A stretch of 64,000 nt of DNA, taken from assembly GCA_013336225.1 (NCBI GenBank), contig JAAXUC010000001.1, forward strand, positions 99,949 to 163,948, written 5' to 3'. Origin of the DNA: Candidatus Moraniibacteriota bacterium. Lineage in GTDB: Bacteria > Patescibacteriota > Minisyncoccia > Moranbacterales > GWC2-37-73. The translations under genes and the position numbers were made by a program. The notes beneath the pieces were generated by a model. It was not told the DNA's origin. It saw only the letters and a program-made list of their open reading frames with translations, and made no database searches. Positions 42,561 through 52,778 of this stretch are shown here, piece after piece (position 1 is the first letter of the stretch; each line of letters opens with the position of its first letter).

Positions 42561-42585
42561 AAAATCCCGCGAAAGCGGGATTTTC
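42561..42585 (+). terminator. Intrinsic terminator
   Basis: aaaatcccgc-gaaa-gcgggatttt. Confidence 0.8.
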
Positions 42586-42623
42586 TATTGCCCAAAAGCA
42601 TTTTATGTGGGTATAATGAAGAT

Positions 42624-44288
42624 ATGAAAGAATCAATTCAAAAACTTATATCCAAAGCTGTTTTAGCGGCAAAAAAGGCTCATTCTTGGGCTGATTTTGA
42701 GATGCCAGAAATAACAGTGGATTATCCCAAGAGTGAACAATTTGGCGATTATACGACCAACATTGCCCTTATTTTGGCTAAAAAAGCTGGGAAAAGCCCG
42801 ATGGAAACGGCAAATTATCTCAAAGAGATTATTTGTCATCCTGAACTTGTTTCAGGATCCCGCAAGGTTACTAATGGCGAGCAAAGCACAGAGATCCTGA
42901 AACAAGTTCAGGATGACATGGCGGGGATTTTTGAAAAAATTGAAGTGGCGGCGCCGGGATATTTGAATTTCCATCTTTCCCAGCAATATTTGCAAGATTT
43001 GACGAAAAAAATCAATATTGAAAAAAACAGTTTTGGAAATTCGCAGATTGGAAAAGATGTTAAAATCAATAATGAATTTATTTCCGCCAATCCGACTGGG
43101 CCGCTGCATCTTGGAAATGGTCGCGGTGGATTTTATGGCGACTCACTTACGAGGGTTTTTAGAAAAGCTGGATTTGAAGTTACTAATGAATATTATGTGA
43201 ATGATGCTGGCGGACAAGTTGAAAAACTTGGACACAGTGTGCTTAAAGATGAGGAAGCTGCCTACATAGGAGAATATATCGATGACTTGAATGTGAAATA
43301 TGCAGAGCTTGGCGATGTGCGAAAAGTTGGTCAACTGGCGGCCAAGGAAGTTTTGGAAAATATCATCAAGAAAACTGCCAAGGAAAAAATGCAGATTGTT
43401 TTTGACGTGTGGATGAGCGAACAAAAATTGAGCGATGATGGATATGATCAGCGTGCAATTGAAATGCTCAAAGAAAAAAAAATGACCTATGAATCAGAAG
43501 GAGCACTGTGGCTGCGAACAACTGATTTTGGCGATGATAAAGACAGGGTGCTGATCAAGAAAGACGGTAAAAATGCCTATATGGCTGGCGATTGTGGATA
43601 TATGCTGAATAAGATTGAAAGAGGCTATTCTCGCTTGGTGATGGGGCTGGGAGCTGATCATCACGGTTATGTTTCGCGGCTGAAGGCAGTGGCTTTGGCG
43701 CTTGGTTTTGCAGGAGATTTTCGAATCATCATTTCTCAGATGGTGCGGTTGGTGAAAGATGGAAAGGAAGCTCGCATGAGCAAACGCGCTGGCAACGTAA
43801 TTAATTTGGATGATCTGATTGATGAGATTGGGCATGATGTGACTAGATTTTTCTTCTTGATGTATTCTCCGGACACGCACATGAATTTTGATTTAGGATT
43901 GGCAAAAGAACGCAGCGCCAAGAATCCAGTTTTCTATGTGCAATATGCGCATGCACGCATTTGCAGTATCCTGGAAAAAGCTGAGCATGGAACAGAAAAT
44001 GCAAAACTCGAATTATTGGTTCATGAAAAAGAATTGAGCTTAATCAGGGAGCTCAACAAATTTCCAGAATTGATTGAAACAATTGCTGAAAATTATGAAG
44101 TGCATAAACTGCCACAATATGCCATGAAATTGGCTGACAAATTCCATTCTTTTTATGATGCTTGTCGGGTGATTGACGAAGAAAATCCGCAGCTGACAAA
44201 TGCTAGACTTTTCTTGATAAATGCTGTTAGAATAGTGCTAGCTGAGACCCTGGGCCTTATTGGGGTGGATGCGCCAGAAAAAATGTAA
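42624..44288 (+). CDS. argS: Arginine--tRNA ligase; start moved from 42588 to ATG 42624
   Basis: SANPTGPLHLGNGR (HIGH-type), GADHHGY, MSKRAG, YVQYAHARI. Confidence 0.98.
   Translation: MKESIQKLISKAVLAAKKAHSWADFEMPEITVDYPKSEQFGDYTTNIALILAKKAGKSPMETANYLKEIICHPELVSGSRKVTNGEQSTEILKQVQDDMAGIFEKIEVAAPGYLNFHLSQQYLQDLTKKINIEKNSFGNSQIGKDVKINNEFISANPTGPLHLGNGRGGFYGDSLTRVFRKAGFEVTNEYYVNDAGGQVEKLGHSVLKDEEAAYIGEYIDDLNVKYAELGDVRKVGQLAAKEVLENIIKKTAKEKMQIVFDVWMSEQKLSDDGYDQRAIEMLKEKKMTYESEGALWLRTTDFGDDKDRVLIKKDGKNAYMAGDCGYMLNKIERGYSRLVMGLGADHHGYVSRLKAVALALGFAGDFRIIISQMVRLVKDGKEARMSKRAGNVINLDDLIDEIGHDVTRFFFLMYSPDTHMNFDLGLAKERSAKNPVFYVQYAHARICSILEKAEHGTENAKLELLVHEKELSLIRELNKFPELIETIAENYEVHKLPQYAMKLADKFHSFYDACRVIDEENPQLTNARLFLINAVRIVLAETLGLIGVDAPEKM
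42834..42918. repeat. 85-bp palindromic element inserted in-frame in argS
   Basis: Perfect 26-bp inverted repeat tgtcatcctgaacttgtttcaggatc / gatcctgaaacaagttcaggatgaca. Confidence 0.9.
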
Positions 44289-44376
44289 GCGCTGCTGTAG
44301 CGCTTGAAATTCCGTCGCTCACCACAAATGAAAGCAAGCTTTCGCTTGTGGATTCACTAGGAATTATAAATAATGC

Positions 44377-44448
44377 GAGCTTTTAGCTTTTAGTCGTTAG
44401 CTTATTAGGTAGATCCTAAAAGCTATAAGCTAATGAAGCTATAAGCTG
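44377..44448. repeat. Inverted AAGCT heptamer array
   Basis: agcttttagcttttagtcgttagct...aaaagctataagctaatgaagctataagct. Confidence 0.75.
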
Positions 44449-44459
44449 GTTAAAATCAT

Positions 44460-45623
44460 ATGAAAATTGGAATTGATGCCCGCTCAATCTTGAACCCTGA
44501 AAAAGGAGATGCAATTGGGGTGGGGCACTATACTTACCAATTGATCAGGCATTTGCTTAAAATCGATAAGGAGAATGAATATGTCATCTTCTTTGATTTT
44601 CGGGTGCGCGAAAAAGATGTGAAGAAATTTGCGGGTGAAAATGTGAAAATAAAATTCTATCCCTATTCTGATTACAAGAAATATTTGCCAGGAGCATATA
44701 GTGAAATTTTGGGAACAGCGACATTGCAAAAAGAAAACTTGGATGTACTGCATTCAACTTCAGCTTTCAATCGCATTCCAATGGGTTACAATGGGAAAAC
44801 GATGGTGACCTTTCATGATATGTCGATGTTTAGCATCCCACAATATTTGTCAGCTGTGAAAAGAACCAAGAATAAAGCAGTGGCACGTTTGATGGCAAAA
44901 AAAGCTGACAAGATTGTGGCAGTTTCGCAGTCGATCAAAGATGATTTGGAAAAGTTTATCGGACAAGCTGCTGAAAAAACACAAGTTGTGTATAGCGGTT
45001 TGGACAAAAGATTTTTCGATGAATCTGAAATGACTGATGGAAAAGTGCTTGGAAAACATGACATTACCAAGAAATACATTCTTTTTCTGGGAACACTTGA
45101 ACCTTCAAAAAACATCGCACGCTTATTGGAGGCCTTTTCAAAATTCAAAGCTGCGCAAAAACAGAAAAATGCTGGCAAATTTGAATATCAATTGGTTTTG
45201 GCTGGAAAGCGTGGTTGGCTTTCACAAGAATATCTGCAAATCATCAGGGATTTTGGTTTGACGAAAGACGTGGTCTTTACAGGCTATGTGATTGGAGATG
45301 AATTGGTGCCACTTTTCCATGGAGCTGAATTTTTTGTGATGCCATCTCTATATGAAGGATTTGGCATGACAGTGCTGGAAGCTTTTGCAACCAGGACTCC
45401 AGCTATTGTTTCAAATGTTGCTTCGTTGCCAGAAATTGTGGGTGATGCAGCTTTGATGGTCAACCCAGTTGACACTTTGCAACTTGCTGAAGCCATCGGT
45501 AAATTTGCAGTAGATAAGTCTCTTCGGGATGAATATGTTGCAAAGGGAATTGAGCAAGCCAGGAAATTCAATTGGGATAAGACTGCACAGGAAACATTAG
45601 AGATTTACAAAAGTTTCAAATAG
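44460..45623 (+). CDS. GT4 family glycosyltransferase
   Basis: MKIGIDAR, GTLEPSKN, PSLYEGFGMTVLEA. Confidence 0.92.
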   Translation: MKIGIDARSILNPEKGDAIGVGHYTYQLIRHLLKIDKENEYVIFFDFRVREKDVKKFAGENVKIKFYPYSDYKKYLPGAYSEILGTATLQKENLDVLHSTSAFNRIPMGYNGKTMVTFHDMSMFSIPQYLSAVKRTKNKAVARLMAKKADKIVAVSQSIKDDLEKFIGQAAEKTQVVYSGLDKRFFDESEMTDGKVLGKHDITKKYILFLGTLEPSKNIARLLEAFSKFKAAQKQKNAGKFEYQLVLAGKRGWLSQEYLQIIRDFGLTKDVVFTGYVIGDELVPLFHGAEFFVMPSLYEGFGMTVLEAFATRTPAIVSNVASLPEIVGDAALMVNPVDTLQLAEAIGKFAVDKSLRDEYVAKGIEQARKFNWDKTAQETLEIYKSFK

Positions 45624-45641
45624 GAATAAGATAGGAATATA

Positions 45642-45932
45642 AAAGCATTGAAGGAGTCATCACTCCTGAGCTGCGAAAAGAAACGACTGCTGTCGTCCTG
45701 AACTTGTTTCAGGATCTACGTAGATTCCGGATCAAGTCCGGAATGACATGCAATCAGAGTAGAATTCGTCGGGTAAGCCCGTTATAGCCAAAAAACAAGG
45801 GTAGAATGTATAATGTAGAATGTATGACGTATGAAAATACATAATACATAATACTAAATACATGATACTGAAGCAAGGTGGTACCACGTTTTACGACGTC
45901 CTTATGCATTTATTTGCATGGGGATTTTATTT
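45642..45932 (+). promoter_or_regulatory. T-box riboswitch (Ile specifier) upstream of ileS
   Basis: T-box aaggTGGTACCacg with 3' strand cgtcctt; CCGTTA box; short Stem I gca-ttga-aggag-tcATCa-ctcc-tga-gc-tgc. Confidence 0.85.
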
Positions 45933-45949
45933 TATAATTTTAAAAATAT

Positions 45950-48862
45950 ATGAGTTTTAAAAAAGTTGATCCAAAACAATCACTGCCGAGAATGGAAGAA
46001 GAAGTGCTGAAATTTTGGAATGAGGAAAAGATATTTGAAAAATCTTTGGAAATCAGGAAAGGTGCTCAAGAATACACTTTTTATGATGGTCCGCCGTTTG
46101 CCACGGGAACTCCGCATTATGGCCATTTGGTCGGCTCAACCATGAAAGATGTTGTTCCGCGCTATTGGACGATGCGTGGTTTTCACGTGGAGCGCAAGTG
46201 GGGCTGGGATTGTCATGGACTTCCAATTGAAAATATTGTGGAAAAAGAATTGGGCAGCAAAGCGAAAAGTGAAATTGAAAAACTTGGAGTGGAAAAATTC
46301 AATGAGCTTTGTCGCTCAAAAGTTTTGGAATATGTGGATGTCTGGAAAGTGGTGATCAATCGCATGGGTCGCTGGGCTGACATGGACAATGCTTACAAAA
46401 CCATGGATTTGCCATATATGGAATCAGTGTGGTGGGTTTTTAAGGAGCTTTGGAGCAAGGGGCTTATATATGAAGGTTATCGTTCAATGCATATTTGTCC
46501 GCGCTGTGAAACCACCCTTTCTCAACAAGAGGTCAGTGAAGGTTATTTAGACATCAAGGATTTGTCAGTCATTGCAAAATTTGAATTACTGGAAGAGCCT
46601 GGCACTTTCGTGTTGGCTTGGACCACCACTCCATGGACGCTCATTGGAAATGTGGCTTTGGCTGTAAATCCCGCAATTGACTATGCCTATGTGGAAATGG
46701 TTAACATTCAGGATGATGGAAGTTTCAAGGAGGAAATTTTCGTGGTGGCTAAAGACAGAGTGGAGAGCTTATTTAAAGATAAGAATGTTGAGATTGTGCG
46801 CGAAATTTCAGGTGCGGAGTTGCTTGGAAAGAAGTATAAACCGGTTTTTGACTATTATGCTAAGACTGAGACTGAAAATTTTGCCAATGGATGGAAGATT
46901 GTGGGTGGAGATTTTGTGGGAGCTGAAGATGGCACGGGAATTGTGCACATTGCTCCAGCTTTTGGAGAAGACGATTTGAAACTTGGACAGGAACATGAGT
47001 TGCCCTTCGTGCAACATGTTGGAATGGATGGAGTGATTAAGAAAGAGGCAGGTGAATTTGCCGGTCTTAGTGTGAAGCCGATTGGCGACCACACCACTAC
47101 CGATGTGGAAATAATCAAATATTTGGCTAAAAATAAAACTCTTTTTGCTAAGGAGAAATATGAACACAGCTATCCTCATTGTTGGAGATGCGACACACCA
47201 CTCATCAACTACGCGACGAGTTCTTGGTTTGTGAAAGTCGCTCAAATAAAATCAAGCGCCATTGATTTAGCAAAAGAAATAAAGTGGTCTCCTGAAAACA
47301 TTAAGGAGGGACGTTTTGGAAAGTGGTTGGAAGATGCGCGCGATTGGTCAATTTCACGTCAACGTTTTTGGGCTTCAGTCATTCCGATCTGGCGTTGTGA
47401 GTGCGGGGAAACAAAAGTTTTCGGCTCAGTGGCTGAATTGGAATCTGTTAGCGGAGAAAAAATCACCGATCTGCATAAACATTTTGTTGATAGAATCGTG
47501 CTTAAGTGTGAGGCTTGCGGGCAAGCTATGCATCGCGTGCCTGATGTTTTGGACACCTGGTTTGATTCTGGTTCAATGCCATATGCGCAGCAGCATTATC
47601 CTTTTGAAAACAACGAAAAATTCGATCAGAATTTTCCAGCTGAATTTATTGCGGAGGGTGTGGATCAAACGCGCGCTTGGTTCTATTATCTGCATGTCAT
47701 TGCCACGGCCATCAAACAATCTCCGGCTTTTAAAAATGTGATTGTAAATGGTATCGTGCTAGCCGAGGACGGAAAGAAGATGGCTAAGAAGCTTAAGAAT
47801 TATCCAGATCCAATGCTGATGTTTGATAAATATGGCGCTGACACAATCAGGCTGTATTTGATGGGCTCACCAGTGGTAGCTGCGCAGAATTTGAATTTTT
47901 CTGAAAAAGATGTGGCAGAAATCATGCGAGGCATGATGCGTATGCTTTGGAATTCATATTCATTTTTCGTGCTGTATGCCAATATTGATAAGTGGGAGCA
48001 CCGGGATTTCTTCAAACATTCAACAGCCACAAATTTGCTGGATCGCTGGATTCTCTCGGAACTTAACACTTTGATAATCTCAGTGCATGACGGTATGGAG
48101 AATTATGAGATCCATCGCGCGGTCAGAGCCTTTCCAAAATTCATTGATGATCTTTCTAATTGGTATGTGCGGCGTTCTCGCAAGCGTTTTTGGAAAAGTG
48201 AAAATGATGTCGATAAAAATGAAGCGTATGCCACCTTGCATCATGTATTAGTGAATCTGTCTAAAATGATGGCTCCGTTTGCGCCGTTTATGGCGGAGGA
48301 AATTTTCAGGAATTTGACCGGCAAGGAGTCTGTGCATTTGGAGGAGCTGCCAACCGGCGATAATCATCACGTGGATGAGTTCTTGAATGATGAAATGAGA
48401 AGAGTGCGTGAAATTGTGACGGAAGGTTTACAGCTGCGCGCTCAAGCCAAAATTAAAGTTCGCCAGCCACTGGCCAGTGTGACCATTAAAGGCGTGTTTG
48501 CTGATGAGCTTGTGGAAATCATCAAGGAAGAACTAAATGTGAAAAGTGTGGCAATCGATGCTGAGCAAATTGAAAAAGTTTTGCTCGATACAGTTGTCAC
48601 GCAGGAGCTTGCTGAAGAGGGCGTGGCGCGCGAGATCATCAGACACATTCAAGAGATGCGCAAGGAAGCTGGCTACGAAGTTGACAATAGAATAAAAATA
48701 TGCTATAATAGACAATCAAGCGTCTTTGAAAAATTTGGCGAACTTATTGCCAAAGAAACCTTGGCTGACAGCCTTGTGAAAGGCTTGATGGATGATGCTG
48801 ATCTGACAAAAGAAATTGAGCTTGATGAAGGAAAAAATGCAATAGCCATCAAAAAGCAGTAA
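45950..48862 (+). CDS. ileS: Isoleucine--tRNA ligase, type 2 (IleRS2-like)
   Basis: DGPPFATGTPHYGH, WTTTPWTL, DWSISRQRFW, KMAKK (KMSKS variant), IleRS2-type C-terminus. Confidence 0.97.
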   Translation: MSFKKVDPKQSLPRMEEEVLKFWNEEKIFEKSLEIRKGAQEYTFYDGPPFATGTPHYGHLVGSTMKDVVPRYWTMRGFHVERKWGWDCHGLPIENIVEKELGSKAKSEIEKLGVEKFNELCRSKVLEYVDVWKVVINRMGRWADMDNAYKTMDLPYMESVWWVFKELWSKGLIYEGYRSMHICPRCETTLSQQEVSEGYLDIKDLSVIAKFELLEEPGTFVLAWTTTPWTLIGNVALAVNPAIDYAYVEMVNIQDDGSFKEEIFVVAKDRVESLFKDKNVEIVREISGAELLGKKYKPVFDYYAKTETENFANGWKIVGGDFVGAEDGTGIVHIAPAFGEDDLKLGQEHELPFVQHVGMDGVIKKEAGEFAGLSVKPIGDHTTTDVEIIKYLAKNKTLFAKEKYEHSYPHCWRCDTPLINYATSSWFVKVAQIKSSAIDLAKEIKWSPENIKEGRFGKWLEDARDWSISRQRFWASVIPIWRCECGETKVFGSVAELESVSGEKITDLHKHFVDRIVLKCEACGQAMHRVPDVLDTWFDSGSMPYAQQHYPFENNEKFDQNFPAEFIAEGVDQTRAWFYYLHVIATAIKQSPAFKNVIVNGIVLAEDGKKMAKKLKNYPDPMLMFDKYGADTIRLYLMGSPVVAAQNLNFSEKDVAEIMRGMMRMLWNSYSFFVLYANIDKWEHRDFFKHSTATNLLDRWILSELNTLIISVHDGMENYEIHRAVRAFPKFIDDLSNWYVRRSRKRFWKSENDVDKNEAYATLHHVLVNLSKMMAPFAPFMAEEIFRNLTGKESVHLEELPTGDNHHVDEFLNDEMRRVREIVTEGLQLRAQAKIKVRQPLASVTIKGVFADELVEIIKEELNVKSVAIDAEQIEKVLLDTVVTQELAEEGVAREIIRHIQEMRKEAGYEVDNRIKICYNRQSSVFEKFGELIAKETLADSLVKGLMDDADLTKEIELDEGKNAIAIKKQ

Positions 48863-49012
48863 GCTTTAATAGCTATGTAGGTTGATGTTGACTTATTTGG
48901 GACTGGTGGTATGCTTTAGATAAGAAAGCATCAGTTCTTTACATGAGGACGTTCAACGATAGTGGTTCACACTAACCATGCCTGAAAATGAGTCAGGAGA
49001 AGGAGGCTTATC

Positions 49013-49255
49013 ATGGGAAAAACAGTTGGTTTGTCTTTGGCCAGGATAGGACTTTTATTTGTCGCAGTTATCATCACTATTGCACTTATTGCACTGTATG
49101 TGGCGACAGCAATCTGGATTTGGCAATATGCCGTTGGTCATCCAGTTTTGCTTGAAGCTGCTGGACGTGTTCTGTTGGCAATAACTTTTGTCATCTTGTT
49201 ATGCAGCATTTTGCCAGGAACATCCTCCGGGCGTCGCTATTACATCCCAGGTTAA
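49013..49255 (+). CDS. Small two-TM orphan membrane protein
   Basis: TTGACT-16-TATGCT promoter, AAGGAGG SD, terminator at about 49262-49293. Confidence 0.65.
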   Translation: MGKTVGLSLARIGLLFVAVIITIALIALYVATAIWIWQYAVGHPVLLEAAGRVLLAITFVILLCSILPGTSSGRRYYIPG

Positions 49256-49309
49256 AAAACTCAGCCGTTGCATTGCATATGCAGCGGCTTTTTATTATCG
49301 AACGTAGTG

Positions 49310-49416
49310 AGCGAAATGATTTGTCAGCAGACAAAATCATTTCCGTCCGCCAGCTGGCGGAGAGTGATGATAACAAATTGGTTTAATACCTTGCGGCTTG
49401 CCCCGGGGTTAATACC
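49310..49416 (+). repeat. Palindromic element upstream of recO (direct repeat 1)
   Basis: gagcgaaatgatttgtcagcagacaa..tcatttccg...ggtttaatacct.g.ggcttgcc.cg, repeated at 50277-50400. Confidence 0.85.
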
Positions 49417-49450
49417 TGTTTATTATTTACAGACCGCGTATAATGGATAT

Positions 49451-50170
49451 ATGGAATATAGATATACGGGAATCATCTTAAATAAGCGCAATGTGGGCGA
49501 AACTGACAGGATTTATACGATCTATACCCTTGAGGGTGGAAAAGTCAGGTCGCTGGCCAAAGGAGTGCGAAAATCACAGGCCAAACTGGCAGCCTCCTTG
49601 GAAAACATCACCTTGACTGACATCACAATCATCAAGAGCAGAGGACTGGGAAAAATCACTGGTTCAATTGTGGAAAACAATTTTTCCGAGCTCAAAAAGG
49701 ATTGCGATGCATTATTGGAAACATTTGCCGGATTGAGTATTTTTGAAAAATTGGTTGATTTTGAAAATCCTGATGCAAAAGTTTTTTCGTTGCTCAAGAA
49801 TTATCTGGAAGTGGTTGATTTTATTGCGCGCAGTGGAAATGTTGAAAAGCAGTTACTACTAAGACTTGGTTTTGTGGTGAAGCTTTTGGATCTGCTGGGT
49901 TATTCCATGGAAGTTGATCATTGTGTTGCTTGCGGAAAAAAGATTTCCGAAAAATTTCCTTGTTTCAGCTCGCAACATGGTGGAGCGCTTTGTGAAGATT
50001 GCGCCAAGGACAATGCCCAATGTTCATTGTCGGTGCGCGTCAATGTCATCAAGATGTTACGCTTGTTTTTGAAAAATAATCTGCAAGCTCTGATCAAGAT
50101 TAAGGCGACTCAGGAGGATTGTGACAGTGTACGCTTGGTGGTGGATGATTTTGTGAGATGGAACAGTTAA
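49451..50170 (+). CDS. recO: DNA repair protein RecO; start moved from 49268 to ATG 49451
   Basis: GIIL..GETDRI..GKV..AKGVRK, CVAC...GGALCEDC Zn finger. Confidence 0.95.
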   Translation: MEYRYTGIILNKRNVGETDRIYTIYTLEGGKVRSLAKGVRKSQAKLAASLENITLTDITIIKSRGLGKITGSIVENNFSELKKDCDALLETFAGLSIFEKLVDFENPDAKVFSLLKNYLEVVDFIARSGNVEKQLLLRLGFVVKLLDLLGYSMEVDHCVACGKKISEKFPCFSSQHGGALCEDCAKDNAQCSLSVRVNVIKMLRLFLKNNLQALIKIKATQEDCDSVRLVVDDFVRWNS

Positions 50171-50276
50171 AAAAACTCAAATCCAAAATCTAAATGTCAA
50201 ATAAATTACTTAAATCCAAATGTGTTAATCATCCCATTTGGATTTTTGTTATTAGGATTTTATTATCTAGCAAAAC

Positions 50277-50400
50277 GAGCGAAATGATTTGTCAGCAGAC
50301 AATCATTTCCGAGTGAGTGACGATACCAAAAGGTTTAATACCTCGAGGCTTGCCTCGTGAGCCCAAAGGGTCCAGGGCTTGCCCTGGGGTATTAATACCC
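50277..50400 (+). repeat. Palindromic element downstream of recO (direct repeat 2)
   Basis: Near-identical to 49310-49416 but with a different nested insert. Confidence 0.85.
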
Positions 50401-50514
50401 TTTTATTTGACATTTGGTATTGAGATTTTTGATTTTGCTTGTTTTTTGTTTTAACAATACTGCATTTTGTGGTACAATATTATTGAACATAAAAATAATA
50501 TAGAAATAAAATAT

Positions 50515-52428
50515 ATGCCGCTCAATAATCTTAATCGGGAATTGTATAGTCAGCGTGAAAATGAAATTTCAAGTCGAAAGCATGAGCAGAGTGCTTATGA
50601 TCCGATGATTAATAATGCAAATGGATCTGTCAGTCCTTTTGATGAGCAGCAGCGCTGGAATCAGCCTCAAAAAGGTCTTTCTCCTGAGCAAAAAAAGAAA
50701 TTATGGATTGGCATTTCAATTTTCTTGTTTGTTGCACTTGTGATTGGAGGAATATTTTTCTATCAATGGTGGGCTAAAAATGCTTTTCATCAGGATCGTG
50801 TCAGCATTTCTTTTGAAGGTCCACTTTCAGCTGATAGCACGCAGCCAACAAAATATATCATTCACTACACTAATAACAATCGTGTGACTCTTAATAATGC
50901 TGAAATTCAACTCAGTTATCCCGAAAATTTTCAACCAACTGAGAATTTGAATTTGAAATATTTAAGTCCCTCTGCGAGCAAGATGTTTATTGGAGATGTG
51001 AAGCCCATGGCAAGCGGGCAAGTTGAATTGAATGGAGTCTTTTATGCTCCTAAAGATTATCCGGTTTATTTACGCGGCGAAATTCATTTCATTCCTTCTA
51101 ATGGAACGGAGGAACTTTTTATGGATAAGCAAATTGCGATCAATATAACGGCGGCACCAGTCGTGCTAAGCGTGGTCGCACCACAACAAGCAGTCAGTGG
51201 AGATGGATTGGAATATGTGGTCGATTACAAAAATCTTGATCAAAAACGCATCAGTGACGTGCAAATTCGTATTGATTTTCCCCAGGGATTTGAAATGAGT
51301 TCTGCCACACCTAGGCCATCAGAAAAAGAGTCTTATTGGTATATCGGAAACCTGGAGCCAAATCAAGGCGGAAAAATAAGCATTACTGGGAAAATTAAAG
51401 GCAGTAGCAATGAAGGCAAAAATATCATTGTTTCTCTTGGTCATATTGGTGGAGATAATCAGTTTGTGGTTTTCAATAAACAAGAATTGGCGACGCGCAT
51501 TGTTTCTCCTGTCTTGACCGTGGCACAAAAATTGGATGGCAAAGACACTGGAGTGGCCAGTGCTGGCGAGCTTTTGAAATATACGGTGACATATCAAAAC
51601 ACGGGAACAATCGGGCTTCGCGATGCCATTGTCACAGCAGAAATCAAGGGTAATGTTTTGGATTTTTCCAAAATAAGCGTGCAAAACGGCTCATATGACA
51701 GCGCAAAAAATAGCATCATCTGGAAAGCTTCGGATGTTCCAGCATTGGCCAATATAAATCCTGGTGCTGGCGGCAGCGTGCAATTCAGCATTCCAGTGAA
51801 AGCGGTTATTCCAGTTGAAAGCAAGCTTGATAAGAATTTCGCCATTTCTTCAATTGCAAAGATTGACAGCCCTGACATTCCCACGCCCCTTGATTCCAAT
51901 AAGATAATTGGCAGTAATAAGCTTGAAGTGAGGCTTGCTTCAAAAGTTCTCTTTGAAACGAAGGGATATTATACGGAAGAAAAAATTAAGAATTCTGGAC
52001 CGATTCCTTTGGAATCAGGCAAAGAGACGACATTTACACTGCATTGGCAAATCACTAATGTCTCCAATGATCTCACTGAAGCTTTGGTTGTTTCAGCATT
52101 GCCGTCTGGAGTGCGTTTCACTAATAAAATTTATCCATCCAATGAGAAGATTTCATATAATGAAAGAACAAACCAGCTTATTTGGAATGCTGGTGATGTC
52201 CCTGCAGGCGCTGGTGTGCTTGTGCCGCCGCGTGAAGTTATTTTTCAGGTAGGTGTCACTCCGCAAACAAATCAAGTTGGAAACATGCTGGATTTGCTTA
52301 ATAAATCCATTCTCACTGCCAAGGATGATTTTGTGGGACAAGGTGTAACACTGGATGGTGGAGCTAAAAACACAACTCTATATGAAGATCCTGCTATTGG
52401 ATATACTAATGGCAAAGTGGCTAAGTAA
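50515..52428 (+). CDS. Membrane-anchored multi-Ig (DUF11-like) surface protein
   Basis: Single TM; repeated Y.V.Y.N...W.IG.L.P..GG units. Confidence 0.75.
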   Translation: MPLNNLNRELYSQRENEISSRKHEQSAYDPMINNANGSVSPFDEQQRWNQPQKGLSPEQKKKLWIGISIFLFVALVIGGIFFYQWWAKNAFHQDRVSISFEGPLSADSTQPTKYIIHYTNNNRVTLNNAEIQLSYPENFQPTENLNLKYLSPSASKMFIGDVKPMASGQVELNGVFYAPKDYPVYLRGEIHFIPSNGTEELFMDKQIAINITAAPVVLSVVAPQQAVSGDGLEYVVDYKNLDQKRISDVQIRIDFPQGFEMSSATPRPSEKESYWYIGNLEPNQGGKISITGKIKGSSNEGKNIIVSLGHIGGDNQFVVFNKQELATRIVSPVLTVAQKLDGKDTGVASAGELLKYTVTYQNTGTIGLRDAIVTAEIKGNVLDFSKISVQNGSYDSAKNSIIWKASDVPALANINPGAGGSVQFSIPVKAVIPVESKLDKNFAISSIAKIDSPDIPTPLDSNKIIGSNKLEVRLASKVLFETKGYYTEEKIKNSGPIPLESGKETTFTLHWQITNVSNDLTEALVVSALPSGVRFTNKIYPSNEKISYNERTNQLIWNAGDVPAGAGVLVPPREVIFQVGVTPQTNQVGNMLDLLNKSILTAKDDFVGQGVTLDGGAKNTTLYEDPAIGYTNGKVAK

Positions 52429-52597
52429 AAAAACAGAACAGCTGTCGGTCATTAGTCATCCGTCATCAAAAAATTCATCAAGCCTTTGAGGCGCGATGAC
52501 AGATGACGGATGACTTTTAATTATACGAATTAATATATTTATTCATAACAAGTATGGAATCATACGCAATATATGGTTTTGAAAAAGGTAAGTAATG

Positions 52598-52713
52598 TTT
52601 TTGATTTGCCTATTTCCTCTTGAGAGCACGCTTCGCAGCCGAAATCTATGGCTGCTCACTCGGACCTCGCTGTCGCTCGCTACGGCTTCAAGAGAAAATA
52701 GGCAAATCAAAAA
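52598..52713 (+). mobile_element. MITE-like element, copy 2
   Basis: Same core and arms as 26687-26800. Confidence 0.82.
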
Positions 52714-52778
52714 CCACATATTGCGCTTGATCCTAAGTATGCTGGACTTAATTGAAATTTGGTTTATAATGGGACGAT

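Noticed and set aside
49268..49450. N-terminal extensions in the ORF track for recO, rpoC, argS, uvrB and the TsaB-like gene
   Set aside because: They run through repeats, terminators or promoters; downstream ATGs match the family N-termini.
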